The notes beneath the pieces are model-generated. The model saw nothing but the letters and a program-made list of their open reading frames with translations, ran no database searches and had not been told where the DNA came from. A stretch of DNA of 64,000 nucleotides from Anthoceros angustus. Lineage: Eukaryota; Plantae; Anthocerotophyta. The stretch is taken from NCBI GenBank assembly GCA_010909165.1, contig VJWM01000151.1, forward strand, positions 434,001-498,000, read 5' to 3'. The stretch's first letter is position 1. Every line of letters begins with the position of its first letter. The position numbers and the translations under genes are program-made. Of this stretch, positions 49,696 through 61,480 are shown in pieces.

Positions 49696-52548
49696 TCAAT
49701 GCCTGTCCCCACACGAACAAGACCCATCCACGAATCGATGCACTCGATGCGCGTCTCTCACAATGATCTCTCTCATCTCAAGGTGCGACATGATCTTCGT
49801 GCTGCTGTGGCAGTCCTCGCACATACGCAGATTTTTCGTCACCACCAAAGTTGTGCCATCCGGCGTGTTCAGCAGACCATATGCCAAGGCCAGCTTTTCT
49901 GCATGCCCACACAAAGCATCCTCCTTCTCTTGCTCAGACACTGCTCTCAGCACCAACTGTGTGTGTGGGACGTGGCCTCCTTCCTCCTTCAACCTTGTGT
50001 TCACACTCCTCAGCTTTGACGATATGTCAGACCTATCTTCCCCTACAGTGAACTCGTGCACCTCATTCTTCACTTCAATGCATGCCTTTGCTGCCTTTTT
50101 CGAGGCACCGGCTGACTTTCTCAAGTTTTCTATCCTATCCACATCATCCCACCGGCCTGCATTGGCATAAAGGTTGCCCAATAGCACATATGAACTTGCA
50201 ATATCAGGTGACAAGTGTACAAGGTGGTCAAAGCACCGTTGCCCGCGCTCTACATCACCGTAGATTTTGCAAGCAGTCAGCAAAGCCGTCCAGCTCACAG
50301 CATCATTCACTATGGTGCTCCTTAACATACTTTCTGCCTCATCCAGTTGGCCAGAGCGTCCAAGAAGATCAACCATACAGCTGTAATGATAATCCTTGGG
50401 GACAATCCCATGGTCGTCAACCATCATCCTGAAATACCTCTTGCCCTCAGCCACCAGGCCTGCATGACTGCATGCCACGAGGAGACAGATGAAAGTCGTC
50501 TCAACTGGTTGTGCACCTTGCCGAATCATGTCTTCAAAACACCGGATTGCCATGTGACCATCACCGTTTTCAGCATAGCCCTTGACCATTGCTGTCCATG
50601 TCACAGAATTTCTGGTGGGCAATCCGTCAAATATTCTGCGGGCCTCATCCAAGCTCCCACATTTTGCATACATGTCCACCAGGCAGCTGCCAATAAATGC
50701 ATCAGCCTCCAAGCCTTTTTCTCGAATCTGTGAGTGAAGCTCCCTCCCCTGCTGCAGCGCTCCCACACTCGTGCAAGCTTGGAGGAGGCACACAAATGTA
50801 ACGTGATCCACTGCCGTGATGCCCTCCTTTTGCATATTTGCATACAACGACAGGGCTTCTTTACCTAGAGCCTGCTGGGAATATCCTGAAATCATGGCAG
50901 TCCATGACACCACATCCCTTGTGGGCAGAGCGTCAAACACTTTGCGAGCATCCTCCAAGCTCCCGCATTTTGCATACATGTTTACCAAGCAGTTACCAAT
51001 AGCAGCATCAGCTTCAAGGCCTTCCTCACGAATCTGTGAGTGAAGCTGCTTTCCTTGCTGCAAGGCTCCTACACTTGCACAAGCCTGAAGAAGGCATACA
51101 AACGTAACACGATTCGCTGGAGTGATGCCCTCGTGTTGCATACTCGAGTACAGGGCCAGGGCTTCTTGACCCAGCCCCTGCTGAGAATATCCTGCGATCA
51201 TGGCAGTCCATGAGACCACATCCTTCCTGGGCAAACTGTCAAACACTTTCCGACCCTCCTGCAACCAACCGCATTTAGCATACATATTCACTAACGAGTT
51301 AGCGATGATTGCATCTCCTTCAAGGCCACGTTCACGAATCCGTGAGTGAAGCTGCTTCCCTGCCTGCAGCGCCCCCATACTGGCACAAGCCTGAAGAAGG
51401 GACACAAAAGTCACTTGATTGGCTGGAGTAATACCCTCATTCTCCATATTCGCATATAGAGCTAGAGCTTCTTGCCCAAGACCTTGCTGACTATATCCTG
51501 CGATCATGGCAGTCCATGTCACAACGTCCTTCGTAGCCAAACTGTCAAACACTTCGCGAGCATCATCCAAGCTGCCACATTTGGCGTACATACTCACCAG
51601 GCTGTTGCCAACGAAAATGTCAGCCGCGACAGGACTAGCCTGAATGTGAGCATGGACCTCCTTGCCAGCAACCAGGTCCCCTGCAGAAGCACATGCCCTC
51701 AGAGCTGCCACAAAGATATGATTGTCTGGCTGAACACCTGACTCTCGCATCTCTCGATAGAAGCTGATGGCCTGTGTGGGCTGACCGTGCCTTGCATGCG
51801 CCAAGATGATGGTGGACCACATGTGCAGGCTGGGCGTGGTCACTGTACAGAAAACCTTCACTGCCTCCTCCAATTCCCCATGAGAAGCATACATACCAAT
51901 GATGTGATTGGCCAAGAATGCGTTGGACCCGCACCCACTTGTGAGAGCAAGACAATGCACACGCCTGCCACTAACAAGATCCTTCTGTGCTATGCATCGC
52001 TTGAGCACACGAGAGAAGAGCGTGTGAGTGATAGAACATCCCCGCTGCACCAAAAGATCCAAGGCGTCAACAGCATCCCTGAGCTCTGCTTCCTCGCATC
52101 GTTTGACCATCCTGTGAACCCAAGAGTCTCCTTTATCATCACCAGGTCCTCTGGCCAGCTGCGAATCCGAATCCCAACTGGGTAGCTGCAAATCCACCCA
52201 AGCCGGTTTGTAAGAATTGTTGAGCCACAGGGGCTCCTTTGAAGTTTTGTGCCTGAAGTCGGGATGGCGTGGGCTCTTCTTGTCCGCCCTGTTGTCCCAC
52301 CAGTCTGAGGGATATGACAACCAGTGGTGCCACAAGAGCTCCTGCCGCGCTTTCTGCGTCGTTTCTTCATTACAAGTGCCTGTGGTGCCATTTTGCCAAG
52401 CAGCGAGACATGCATTCCCTTGCCCCTTGCGGAACACACATCCTGCATAAATAAAAGACGAGCTAGGCTTCGCTGCCAACATGCTGGAATCATGCAAGAT
52501 CCCATCGGGAATTGCCACACCCAGCAAGAACTCCAGCTGGAACGCCAT
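49696..52548 (-). CDS. PLS-class PPR-E-DYW protein D, DRH type (ends CSCGDRH)
   Basis: Open ORF (in frame from 52704; likely start MAFQLE at 52548) with WWDNR..PDFRHK, PLS array, KKAAKACIEV, HAEKLA, CEDCH. Confidence 0.93.
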   Translation of the reverse strand: MAFQLEFLLGVAIPDGILHDSSMLAAKPSSSFIYAGCVFRKGQGNACLAAWQNGTTGTCNEETTQKARQELLWHHWLSYPSDWWDNRADKKSPRHPDFRHKTSKEPLWLNNSYKPAWVDLQLPSWDSDSQLARGPGDDKGDSWVHRMVKRCEEAELRDAVDALDLLVQRGCSITHTLFSRVLKRCIAQKDLVSGRRVHCLALTSGCGSNAFLANHIIGMYASHGELEEAVKVFCTVTTPSLHMWSTIILAHARHGQPTQAISFYREMRESGVQPDNHIFVAALRACASAGDLVAGKEVHAHIQASPVAADIFVGNSLVSMYAKCGSLDDAREVFDSLATKDVVTWTAMIAGYSQQGLGQEALALYANMENEGITPANQVTFVSLLQACASMGALQAGKQLHSRIRERGLEGDAIIANSLVNMYAKCGWLQEGRKVFDSLPRKDVVSWTAMIAGYSQQGLGQEALALYSSMQHEGITPANRVTFVCLLQACASVGALQQGKQLHSQIREEGLEADAAIGNCLVNMYAKCGSLEDARKVFDALPTRDVVSWTAMISGYSQQALGKEALSLYANMQKEGITAVDHVTFVCLLQACTSVGALQQGRELHSQIREKGLEADAFIGSCLVDMYAKCGSLDEARRIFDGLPTRNSVTWTAMVKGYAENGDGHMAIRCFEDMIRQGAQPVETTFICLLVACSHAGLVAEGKRYFRMMVDDHGIVPKDYHYSCMVDLLGRSGQLDEAESMLRSTIVNDAVSWTALLTACKIYGDVERGQRCFDHLVHLSPDIASSYVLLGNLYANAGRWDDVDRIENLRKSAGASKKAAKACIEVKNEVHEFTVGEDRSDISSKLRSVNTRLKEEGGHVPHTQLVLRAVSEQEKEDALCGHAEKLALAYGLLNTPDGTTLVVTKNLRMCEDCHSSTKIMSHLEMREIIVRDAHRVHRFVDGSCSCGDRH

Positions 52549-52925
52549 CTCCTCCTGCCTGGTCCACCGTTCAGGTCTGCTGCCTACTCCTGGTGCTTGT
52601 CTTGCTGCTCCATCCTCGGGCTCCCGACATGTTGCTGTGGCGAAACTGGTAAAATCGAGAGCGAGGCAAAAACGATGCCTGCACGTCCTAGGGTAAGCTG
52701 TCAAACCAATGCGATCATCCGCTGAATGTTAGAAAGATATCTCGGTCCGAAGCCAGGACAAGCCTTGAGGTCCTTCACCGTGTTGGATCAACTACATACA
52801 TATGTAACCTGTCATTGCTGTCCAAGTCTGGCTTGTGGCAACAATATCTGACACAGAGACAATGAACTTGCCTACCACAATCAAGAGACTTCAGTGACAT
52901 CTTGCGACCTACTCCCGTCCACATA

Positions 52926-53864
52926 ATGGCTCTTCAGTCCGACGAGCACAATCTGAGGCCGCTGGAAGCTCGTGACTTCCACAAAGGTGAGGGTCTCGAT
53001 GTGCTTCTGTCTTTCTGTTGAGTTGTTGCTTTGGGTTGTAACTCTGTTTGTGCCCAGGTTATTTTGACTTGCTGGAACAGCTCACGGTTGTGGGTGACGT
53101 CTCTGAAACACAGTTCGTTGGTAAGGATGCTGTGTCGGTATCCGGTCGTGATCAATGTGATCTGGTGGAGGAGCAGATGAAGTTGGAATGTGCTGACCTG
53201 ATGCAGGTCGGTTGGAACAGCTGCAGAAACGAGGGGACCTTCATCATGTTGTTGTCGTTGAAGGTGGGATGTAACCCTGTTGAACCCTGTTATTGCCAAG
53301 CCCAGCCCTCATCTGTCCTTTTGTCTACGATTGTTTGAACAGATGTGCGAAGAAGCAAAGTAGTGGCCACGGGAAGCCTGATGATAGAAGAGAAATTCAT
53401 CCGCAATTGTGGCAAGGTAAGCCATCTCTCAAGGACTCTCTTGTGCTGTGTCTGTAACTTTCACATGCTTACCGTGTCCTGAAATCCTTTCTCCAGGTGG
53501 GGCACATAGAAGACGTTGTAGTAGACAAAGGTGCTCGCGGCTTGCACCTTGGGCAGAGGTAATAGCGCAACTCTCCACCTTTCCCCCTTTCTAAGGGGAA
53601 GCTAATCCGGTTTCTTCAGTTTGTTCACTGAACCCGAGCTGATGTAGGGTGGTGGAAGCTTTGACAACCAGAGCAAAAGAAGCAGGATGCTACAAGGTAC
53701 GTGCCGGCGGGTTTGCAAAGAATGTTCAAACATATTGCTCAAGCCTGAAAAGATGGTGTGGCAATGCAATGCAGGTGATACTGGATTGTACTGCCGAAAA
53801 TGCTTCGTTCTATGAAAAGTGCGGTTTCTTCAGAAAAGACGTCCAAATGGCGCTCTATTTTTAG
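52926..53864 (+). CDS. GNA1: Glucosamine-6-phosphate N-acetyltransferase, 7 exons: 52926-52986, 53058-53120, 53207-53263, 53343-53416, 53497-53558, 53648-53696, 53775-53864
   Basis: All introns are GT-AG. The spliced 456 nt gives 151 aa: MALQSDEHNLRPLEARDFHKGYFDLLEQLTVVG...KFIRNCGKVGHIEDVVVD...GCYKVILDC...FYEKCGF...QMALYF, the GNA1 signature. Confidence 0.93.
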
Positions 53865-55823
53865 GGTTTCCAGACATCTCCCTTCCTGTGTGGGCAGCCT
53901 TATTGCCTGTAGGACCTATTGAATCACAGAGCCACAGACAAGCTTTATTCACAGTGGAAGTGGTCGTGTTTGCTGTTCTTGCGAACTACAAAGTCCTGCC
54001 TAAGTTCACTGTTCTGGTTCTGCCTGATACAACCTTCAGTGTATATCAGGCAGAATCTTACATGAGGTGCATGTGCACCCATTGCAGATCTGCAATGTGA
54101 CAACTTCCCTCAACTGGAATGATCCTGTCACACTCAATGAAGCTTTGAACAACTCAAGGATACTTATAACGGTAGGCAAAGGCCATGGCAACTGGATTTC
54201 ATGTCAGGTCAGGGCAACCGCATGCCCCTGGGGTCTTGGCAAACAGGCCACGCATATGCACGCAGACGACAGGCACGTTAGTGAAAGAGGATTGCCACTT
54301 TCACTCAGCAAAGGCCGACTCGATGCATCTGACTACTGAATACTGAAAGCAGGTCTCGCACAGTCATCCCGCACGCATGTGCGCATGTGTAGCATCCTAT
54401 CCATGCAGAATCCCACCAATTTGCCTTCAAGAACGCATGCCTGCATGCTCAAACGTGTGCAGCTTCTGCCGTGTGGGATTCTGTTGACAAGGATCCCACA
54501 CGGCAATGGCGAGCGCACACGGTGATATCGTCGGGCGGGGGATGCTCTCCCAGCCTACGGGTAATGTGTGAGAGGATGCCGATGTAGCTGTAACCTAATA
54601 TCATGTGACATGGGTCATGGGCGCATGCATATTCCGCCATAATTTGGGAACTCCGCCTACCTACACCCGAGGCAGATCGGGGCGGAGCCGTCCAGGGCGA
54701 AGCCATTGCAGCGACGGAAGACACGATCTGGGCGGAGCCGTTGCATCGACGGGCGATTCTAGCGGTTAGCCTGGTGAGCGGGCGATTAAGTATTGGACAG
54801 AAAATAGTTGCAGACCGATGAGGTACGGGCAAGGCATGTTAGGAACCATGTCCTCTTCTGGGCATGCCATCCCGTAAGCGGGTGGAATGTGCATTACGAG
54901 CTCAAAGAATTCTGTCACCCTGAATTGTGGGAGTCTGTTGGCTGAATTGCGGTTGTGTGCATTGCCGCTTTCAACAATGCCAGTTGCGGGCATCAAAAGG
55001 CCATGGACAATTTGTGTCAACATTGCGGCTCTCAACCAAATTGGCCCTGTTCCTTGATGCAGACACAGTGCGGATTTCAACATTACAGCCGTCCATGGAA
55101 AGCCGAGCAACCGGTTCACGTTCAGATTAGCAGGTGTGGCACTAGTTCCAGTTGTTTCCTCGTTCCAGTTCCTGATGTTTATATTCAGTTCACGATTGCA
55201 TCGGTTCCCCACTCCAGTTTCTGATGTTTAACTCTTGTTCGTGTTGCCCACTCCAGCGTGTATGATATTTCTAACTCTTGTTCTTGTTATTTCTTTGGCC
55301 TCCTCCTCGGAAGCGGGGGATCCTTTGGATCCATGTGCCATTGGAGGCAGGCCCGCTTCCCAAGAAGCTTTATGAGTTGCCTCGCTGCACCTTTACTTGG
55401 GCACCTTGTGCAGTCCCAGCCACCTTCCACCTTCAAATTCCCCTTCCTTTCCACCAGCCTCTCCAGTAACTCCTTTTCCTAACCTTGGACAGCCATCAGT
55501 GTCCAGCAACCCTTGTATAATAGACTTGGAAGCTCCTTCCCTGCCTCTTGGGAAAAGCTCCTTCCCTGCCTCTTGGGAAATCGTGTGACGGATCTAAGAA
55601 GAAGTCGAAAACTTCAAAAGCTGGCAGTAGCTATTGGCAAGAAAAGGCCGAAGATGTCGGAATCGAGATATTTTAGGGGTGGGAAGACCACCACATTTAG
55701 AACCTAATAGTGTTCAGGGGATCAAAGGATGCAGAATTTGACAAGTCCCGCAAACAAGGTACTTGCTTGTCCATCTAACGCATTGAGTACTGAGTTAGGG
55801 AAGCTTGATTTGTATAAGTTGTT

Positions 55824-56070
55824 GTGTTGGTGTTCCACGAGGTGGACATTTGGAATAAGATGGCTACAAAGGTGGCCATGGTTTGTGCAAACTTTGACAA
55901 GTCTGGTGAGGCTTGTCAAAAATGGAAATCAATTTACAACGATTACAAGATAGAGGAGGTAGCAAATTTTGTTTTTGGTAATGCTAGGTCCGAATGTTAT
56001 CATGGTATGACCTTGTTGATCAATTCATGCAGCATAGGGCACATGTAGTATGTGAGACTCATGTTGATTC
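55824..56070 (+). pseudogene. Myb/SANT (trihelix)-like fragment
   Basis: WNKMATKVAMVCANFDKSGEACQKWKSIYNDYK fits the WxxxA...CxxKWxxxxxxYK helix pattern; short and frameshifted. Confidence 0.5.
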
Positions 56071-56324
56071 ACACCAAGCTTTGGAGTCAGTGTGGAGTCA
56101 GTGGACAAGATATGAGAGTCCTATGTTGACACCTTGGAGAAGGTGTCACAAGGTAGCTATCGCACGAGGTAAGTACTTGCATTCATATGAGCACTTCCTC
56201 AACAGACAACCAAGCAAGAACATCAAATATGCAAATATAGGTGCAAACCAATTCTCCCTTGAAAATGTGAGACTCCAAGTCAAAACATTATCATTAGTAG
56301 GATTACTTACGTATAAACCTCATG

Positions 56325-56465
56325 TAGCGAATTGTGCACAAAACCAATCTTCTTCGGGAACCTCATCTGGAGGTGGCTAAACACAAAACATATAAAATCC
56401 CCTATTGCACCGATCACAAAGAAGCATCACATCATCTTCTTTAGTACGTCCACAAACTTGTCACA
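56325..56465 (-). pseudogene. PHD finger at the integrase C-terminus
   Basis: Manual translation: *QVCGRTKEDDVMLLCDRCNRGFYMFCV*PPPDEVPEEDWFCAQF. Confidence 0.8.
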
Positions 56466-57869
56466 CTAACTTTTTGATTGGACATCACATTGTAGGTTGC
56501 AGTTGAGGGTCCAAATTGGCTAAGTAGCATGGTGCGCAATCCTTAAGGTGTTGGCTGGCTTCCGATGCAGGTAGACATAGTCTCCAACTTCGAACTTGCG
56601 CCCCTTGGGTTTTTATGTCCCTCCCCTTGTGTAAGCAAAGCGCAATTGATCTCTTGGCTGCATTATGGCAAGGTTCTCCATTGCCATAGGCATGATCCAT
56701 CTGAAAAGCTCTGCCTGCCTTTCCAGGTCTCGTAGGCAGTCATCAGGATTGCGCCAATCCATTGGTGCTTGTAGCCTTGCTTCCCTCACATTTGGCAAAA
56801 ATGGTTGTCGCCATATAACAAGTAGTATGGCGAAAAGTTGCTCAAGGCCGCTTGATTGCTTACCCTATATCCTAGCACTAGATACGACATCCCTTGATGG
56901 TCAGTGATCAATCAAAACTGATGTCCAAACAAATACAGATGAAAATATCCGACTACCCACACTGCTGCAAGACATTGTCCATTAGGTAGTTGGACTCCGC
57001 CTAGTTGTTTCTCAGACTCGCATAAGCAATGACATGTTCCTCTTCCTTGTCATTGATCTATGCCAAGATTGCCTCTATGCCGTACTTGCTCCAATCAGTG
57101 TAAAGTACGAACGGCTTACTAAAGTCTGGATAACCAAGAATTAGCGAGCTCATGAGTCTACCCTTCAACTCCATGAAAGCTAACTCCTCCTCTTGAGTCC
57201 AACGCGAAGTAACAAACTTCTTCAATAGATCGTTCAACGGTCGCGCAATCCTGCTCATCCGTGGAATGAACTTTCTGTAGTATCCTGCCAACCCTAAAAA
57301 TGCCCTCAATTTCAAGGTGTCATTTGGCCTGGGAATGCACGCGATTGCCTCCATTTGGTGAAACCCTAGCCTCAAGTCCAATGTTGAGAAGAACTTGACA
57401 GACCCAATGGTGTCGAAGATCTCTTCGACTGTTGGCATGGGATAGTGGTCATGCGGGATTCGTTCGTTTCTCCTCTCCGTCCACAGTCCATTCTCATCCT
57501 TCTTCTTTGAAAGCACTATCGCAACTGTCTACTACGAATTAGATTGTCGAATCAGCCCTAGCTTGACAAGCTCTTGGTATGGATTCTCAACCAAGGCCCA
57601 CCCAAGTGTGAAAGCAAACACATGTCGCAATGCATCCAGCAACTCCTTCAGCTGACGCCATTGATTGCTCTTCTCCTCGGCACATGTCAACCACTCATGT
57701 GGTTGTGGCTCGGATGGCTTGCACGCTTCCTCTACGCGCTCACCCCCCTTGACCTCCAAACTCGCCTTCTCTTCTTGAGAAGCGAGTGCTGGAATGTCCT
57801 TTGCCCACCAAACCTTTTGGTTCAAGCCCGCCTTCTTTTGGTTTCGAAGTTGACAAGCGACTCTAGCGC

Positions 57870-58900
57870 TGAACAACCAGGTCATCATGTTCATGTCAAA
57901 TGCTTGCCCAAGCAATCGACACTGTTCCTTCTCGGTCACTCCCGGTGTCTTCATGGCTCGATGGCAATATCTGTGTAAAAGGGGTTTCTCCACAAAACCC
58001 CTTTTACACACCTGACGTCGGACCTTTTGCACTTGAAAAAATCCGCACTACAATCAGCCTTTTTGGTGTTTCTCTGCAGACATGTCACACGCAACCTTTT
58101 GAATAATTGTTTTGATACACGTTATTTGAGATTGTAGATTGCAAGTACGTGGCAAAAACCTATTAGACTTGGACATAAATGTTAGCCAAGCCGCTGTGGG
58201 GTGTCCAGGCGTGTTCATAGGGAAGTGCAGCAACTTGCCAGTCTTGATGATTTGCTGGGCATGCCTTCCCGATGCTAGCACATCCTTGACAACATGATCA
58301 AGCTGCTTGGTGAACGACCTCGCCAACTTCAGATGTTCTAAGGGAGCAAGGTTAGTTCACATGGACCTCTCCTACGAGCTCTCGAACTAAATTGAGCTGC
58401 ATCCAATAACAACTTTGACCCAACAGTCCCTGGATTGTGCCAAAGTCCTCCTAGACTTACTTTTTCACGCTCATGCATGTTGGCACATTCTTGATCATGT
58501 ATCCACAAGGCCTTTCTTGCCCATTCTGGATCAAGCGTAAGATCCTCATCAAGTCATAGAATGTTGTTCGTGGGTCCTTTAGACCCTGATCCTTGCCTGT
58601 AGAAGAGAGTCCCTGACACTCGCAATCTGCGATGACAAGGTCAATTGATTGCTCAGAAAGAGCTCAAATAGGACAACCCTATAATGCGAACATCCTTCGG
58701 CACCGCTGTCTGGTAACCCTTCACTAACTCCCACGTTAGGAGATTATAGTACTCCCCTATCAAGACCCGCATGCGCTTCTGTGACAATCCTTGCTTTCGG
58801 ATCCGGGTCACAATGCACGTATCTTCGTACTTTGGTGCCACTTTTCAGCATTGCTTCCAAGCCTGTACTGATGCCTTCAAAGAGTTCCACTAGCATTATG
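57870..58900 (-). pseudogene. C5 cytosine DNA methyltransferase domain (DNMT3-like) within pol
   Basis: Motif I/II IMLVELFEGISTGLEAMLKSGTKVRRYVHCD; IV IDLVIADCECQGLS; V GLKDPRT; VI YMIKNV; VIII LDAAQFSSRARRR..*TNL; X RLLGQAFDMN. All are in canonical order. Confidence 0.82.
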
Positions 58901-61480
58901 TCATCTTTCCAAGGTCGCCATGTGATCACCTGGGTGTTAAGGTTACAAACAGGCTCAACCCTAAGCAAGAACTTGCAGCAGTTCTTTGGCTAGAGGTTCG
59001 AGCAGGTATGGTGTGTCCGTCACCATGGTCCCAACCACTGGGTAGATGCTCTTGGTAATGAGATTCTCATGATCCTTGCCATGTAACTGCTGAGAAATGC
59101 GGGCAATCCGTTGATCAGTTTTGCTCCAGCTTCTCCAGCCTAGTCGAGAGTACATTATCTCCATCCACAAATCCACCATGACTCAAGGTTTGTACAAAGC
59201 GTTCACTCCCAGCAAAACATCGAATGTGTCTGCATTAGTGACCAAGCAGTGTACCTCGACAAAGGTGAAGTCAGCTGTTCGTAGTTTGAATGAAACCTTC
59301 AGCTTGTACCTCGTCACCCCCAACACACGCTCTGTGGTCCCGGCTACAATCTGGATCCTCTACTTGGTTTCCTTCAACTTGTCTTGGTGGAGACCCAATA
59401 CTTCCTTCACTCTTCTTCCAACGATCACCGGCTGTGCCCCGGTATCAAATAACACCCTCTTGGTACGAATCCATTGATTTCAATGTCTCTCCCGATTGTT
59501 GATCAAAGCCACCCCCACTCATGCAGCATGCCACTTCTTCACCGAAATGCTTAGCTCCAAGGTTAGCAAAGACGTCATTGCTACGTGCTGTGGCACATCG
59601 TGGACTTTTGCTTCATTTTCAAGGGTTGTCAACATCCGTCAAGTCAAAACCTTGACTTCCTTCACGCTCAGCCCCATATCTTGTAGGCTGAAACATGGCA
59701 TCTTCAGAAGCCTTTGCGCCATCGTCTCCATCAACAGTCTACGCATGGGTTTCCCCACGTCGCCCACTCCGGACTTTGATGTTGCTCCCACAATTGCTCA
59801 TGTTGGCAATGGCTCAAACGACTGTGGCATTGGCTCAAACGACTGTGGCATCTTGGCATTGGTTCGGGAAGAGGATCATGAAGCTTCCTTATGTGTCTTC
59901 CGCACTGCAGGTGGCAAGACATCCTCTTCTTCCTTTGAGCTATCTTCTCTCGTAGCTGCCAAAGGTTTCTTGCCCTTGCCCTTGGATCTGGTCATTGTCG
60001 CCATGTATCCAAGCTTGTGTTCATCTTCTTCGTCCTCTGATGATGAGCTGCTGCTCTCCTTGATCTTCGCCTTCCGCACCAACTTCTCCAGCTTTGCGAG
60101 ACGTGCCGCGTACTTGTCTATCATCTTTGTTGATGCTTCACATTTCTTCTGTCCCCGGGACTTCGCCAGTGCCTTCTCCATGGCGCCTCTGCTCTTTGCT
60201 GATTTTGTGGATGAGGTTGAAACAAATGCATTGGCCGGGGTTGTTGCTCGATAACTCGTAATTCGTAATTTCGGATGCTTCTCCAAACATATGGCTTCAT
60301 TGTGCCCGTACCTCCCACAGCTAGGGCACGGCTCCTCACCCTTGACTCCTCCAAATGCATGCTCACACTCATGAGGGGAATGGCCATCCCTCGGCACCTC
60401 ACATAGGTGCTCGTCATTTGGGCTGTGTGGGCTGGCTTGTTTCGTCGAGCTCCTCCACTATGACCTCCGCGTCGGTCACATTGTGCACCACTCCTACTTG
60501 GGCTGGAGTGATTACTTGCAACAGCACGAGAGAAAGTATTAGCAGGCCCTATCTTGTCAGCCATCTTGTATACTTCCTTGAGCATGTAGTGTTGTTACTT
60601 CGTGCTGTGCTCCGCTTGTTGCACCTTCATGTATAGCGCATATGGCAATGCTTGCAAGTACTTTTCTGCAGCCAGTCGATCACTCATGATCTTATAATCG
60701 TGTACCAACTAGTCGATTCTTCAGCTTGAAGTGTGTCAGCTCGAAGATCTTCTTATCCGTGCTTGCAGGAAACTCTAGTTAGAAGATGTCAAACATTTCT
60801 TGGATGAGATCTTGTGTCATGCCGTGTGATACTAATCTCTGCACTTGGGTTTAGTGTTTGATTAGCATTAGTTAATCTAATTACTTATCTTTAAGTAAGT
60901 AATTAGTGTTAATTAATCTAAGGTGCTTATGTTAATTAAGCATTGATTAGTGTTAATTAATCTAATGTGCTTATGTTAATTAAGCATTGATTAGTGTTAA
61001 TTAATCTAATGTGCTTATGTTAATTAAGCATTGATTAGTGTTAATTAAACATGGTTAGCAATAGCTAAGTGGATAAGCTCAATATGCTTTGGCATATTCC
61101 TTGCATATTATAGTGTATTCTTAGGATACAATAGCTAAGTGGATAAGCTCAAGTAATATGCTTTGGCATATTCCTTGCATATTATAGTGTATTCTTAGGA
61201 TATTTCCGGCATATCGATGCCAATAGGATATCTTAGGAATATGCCGATGCAGTCTAGTATATAGACCCTTCCATTGAGGACAAGCTCAGATCATAGCTTG
61301 TCCTCTAGATATGCAATGCAAGAGCGTTGTGAGGAGGCCAAAGCTATGACTCCGAGAGCGATGTGTGAGGAATTTGCGTGTTGTTCTCGTGGGGAGAGTG
61401 TGTTTGTGCCACGACGTGCGAGCTACTCCCTCCTGTTGTTACAAGCTATGATCTCGTGTGTGTACACTAGATAGGCTGTG

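Larger units (their letters stand above)
56300..60814 (-). mobile_element. Degenerate Ty3/Gypsy: gag(CCHC)-PR-DNMT-RT-RH-INT-PHD, interrupted in gag
   Basis: CPSCGRYGHNEAIC (~60290-60330); LFDTGAQPVIVG (~59420-59455); C5-MTase motifs (57870-58900); KKDENGLWTERR, YPMPTVEEIFD, FSTLDLRLGFHQ, FLGLAGYYRKFI, FVLYTDWS (57058-57516); integrase C-terminal PMAMENLAIMQ (~56660); PHD finger (56325-56465). Contains stops, frameshifts and internal deletions. Confidence 0.88.

Noticed and set aside
54766-55224. 148-aa minus-strand ORF and overlapping Cys-containing ORFs
   Set aside because: No motif support; not reported as a gene.
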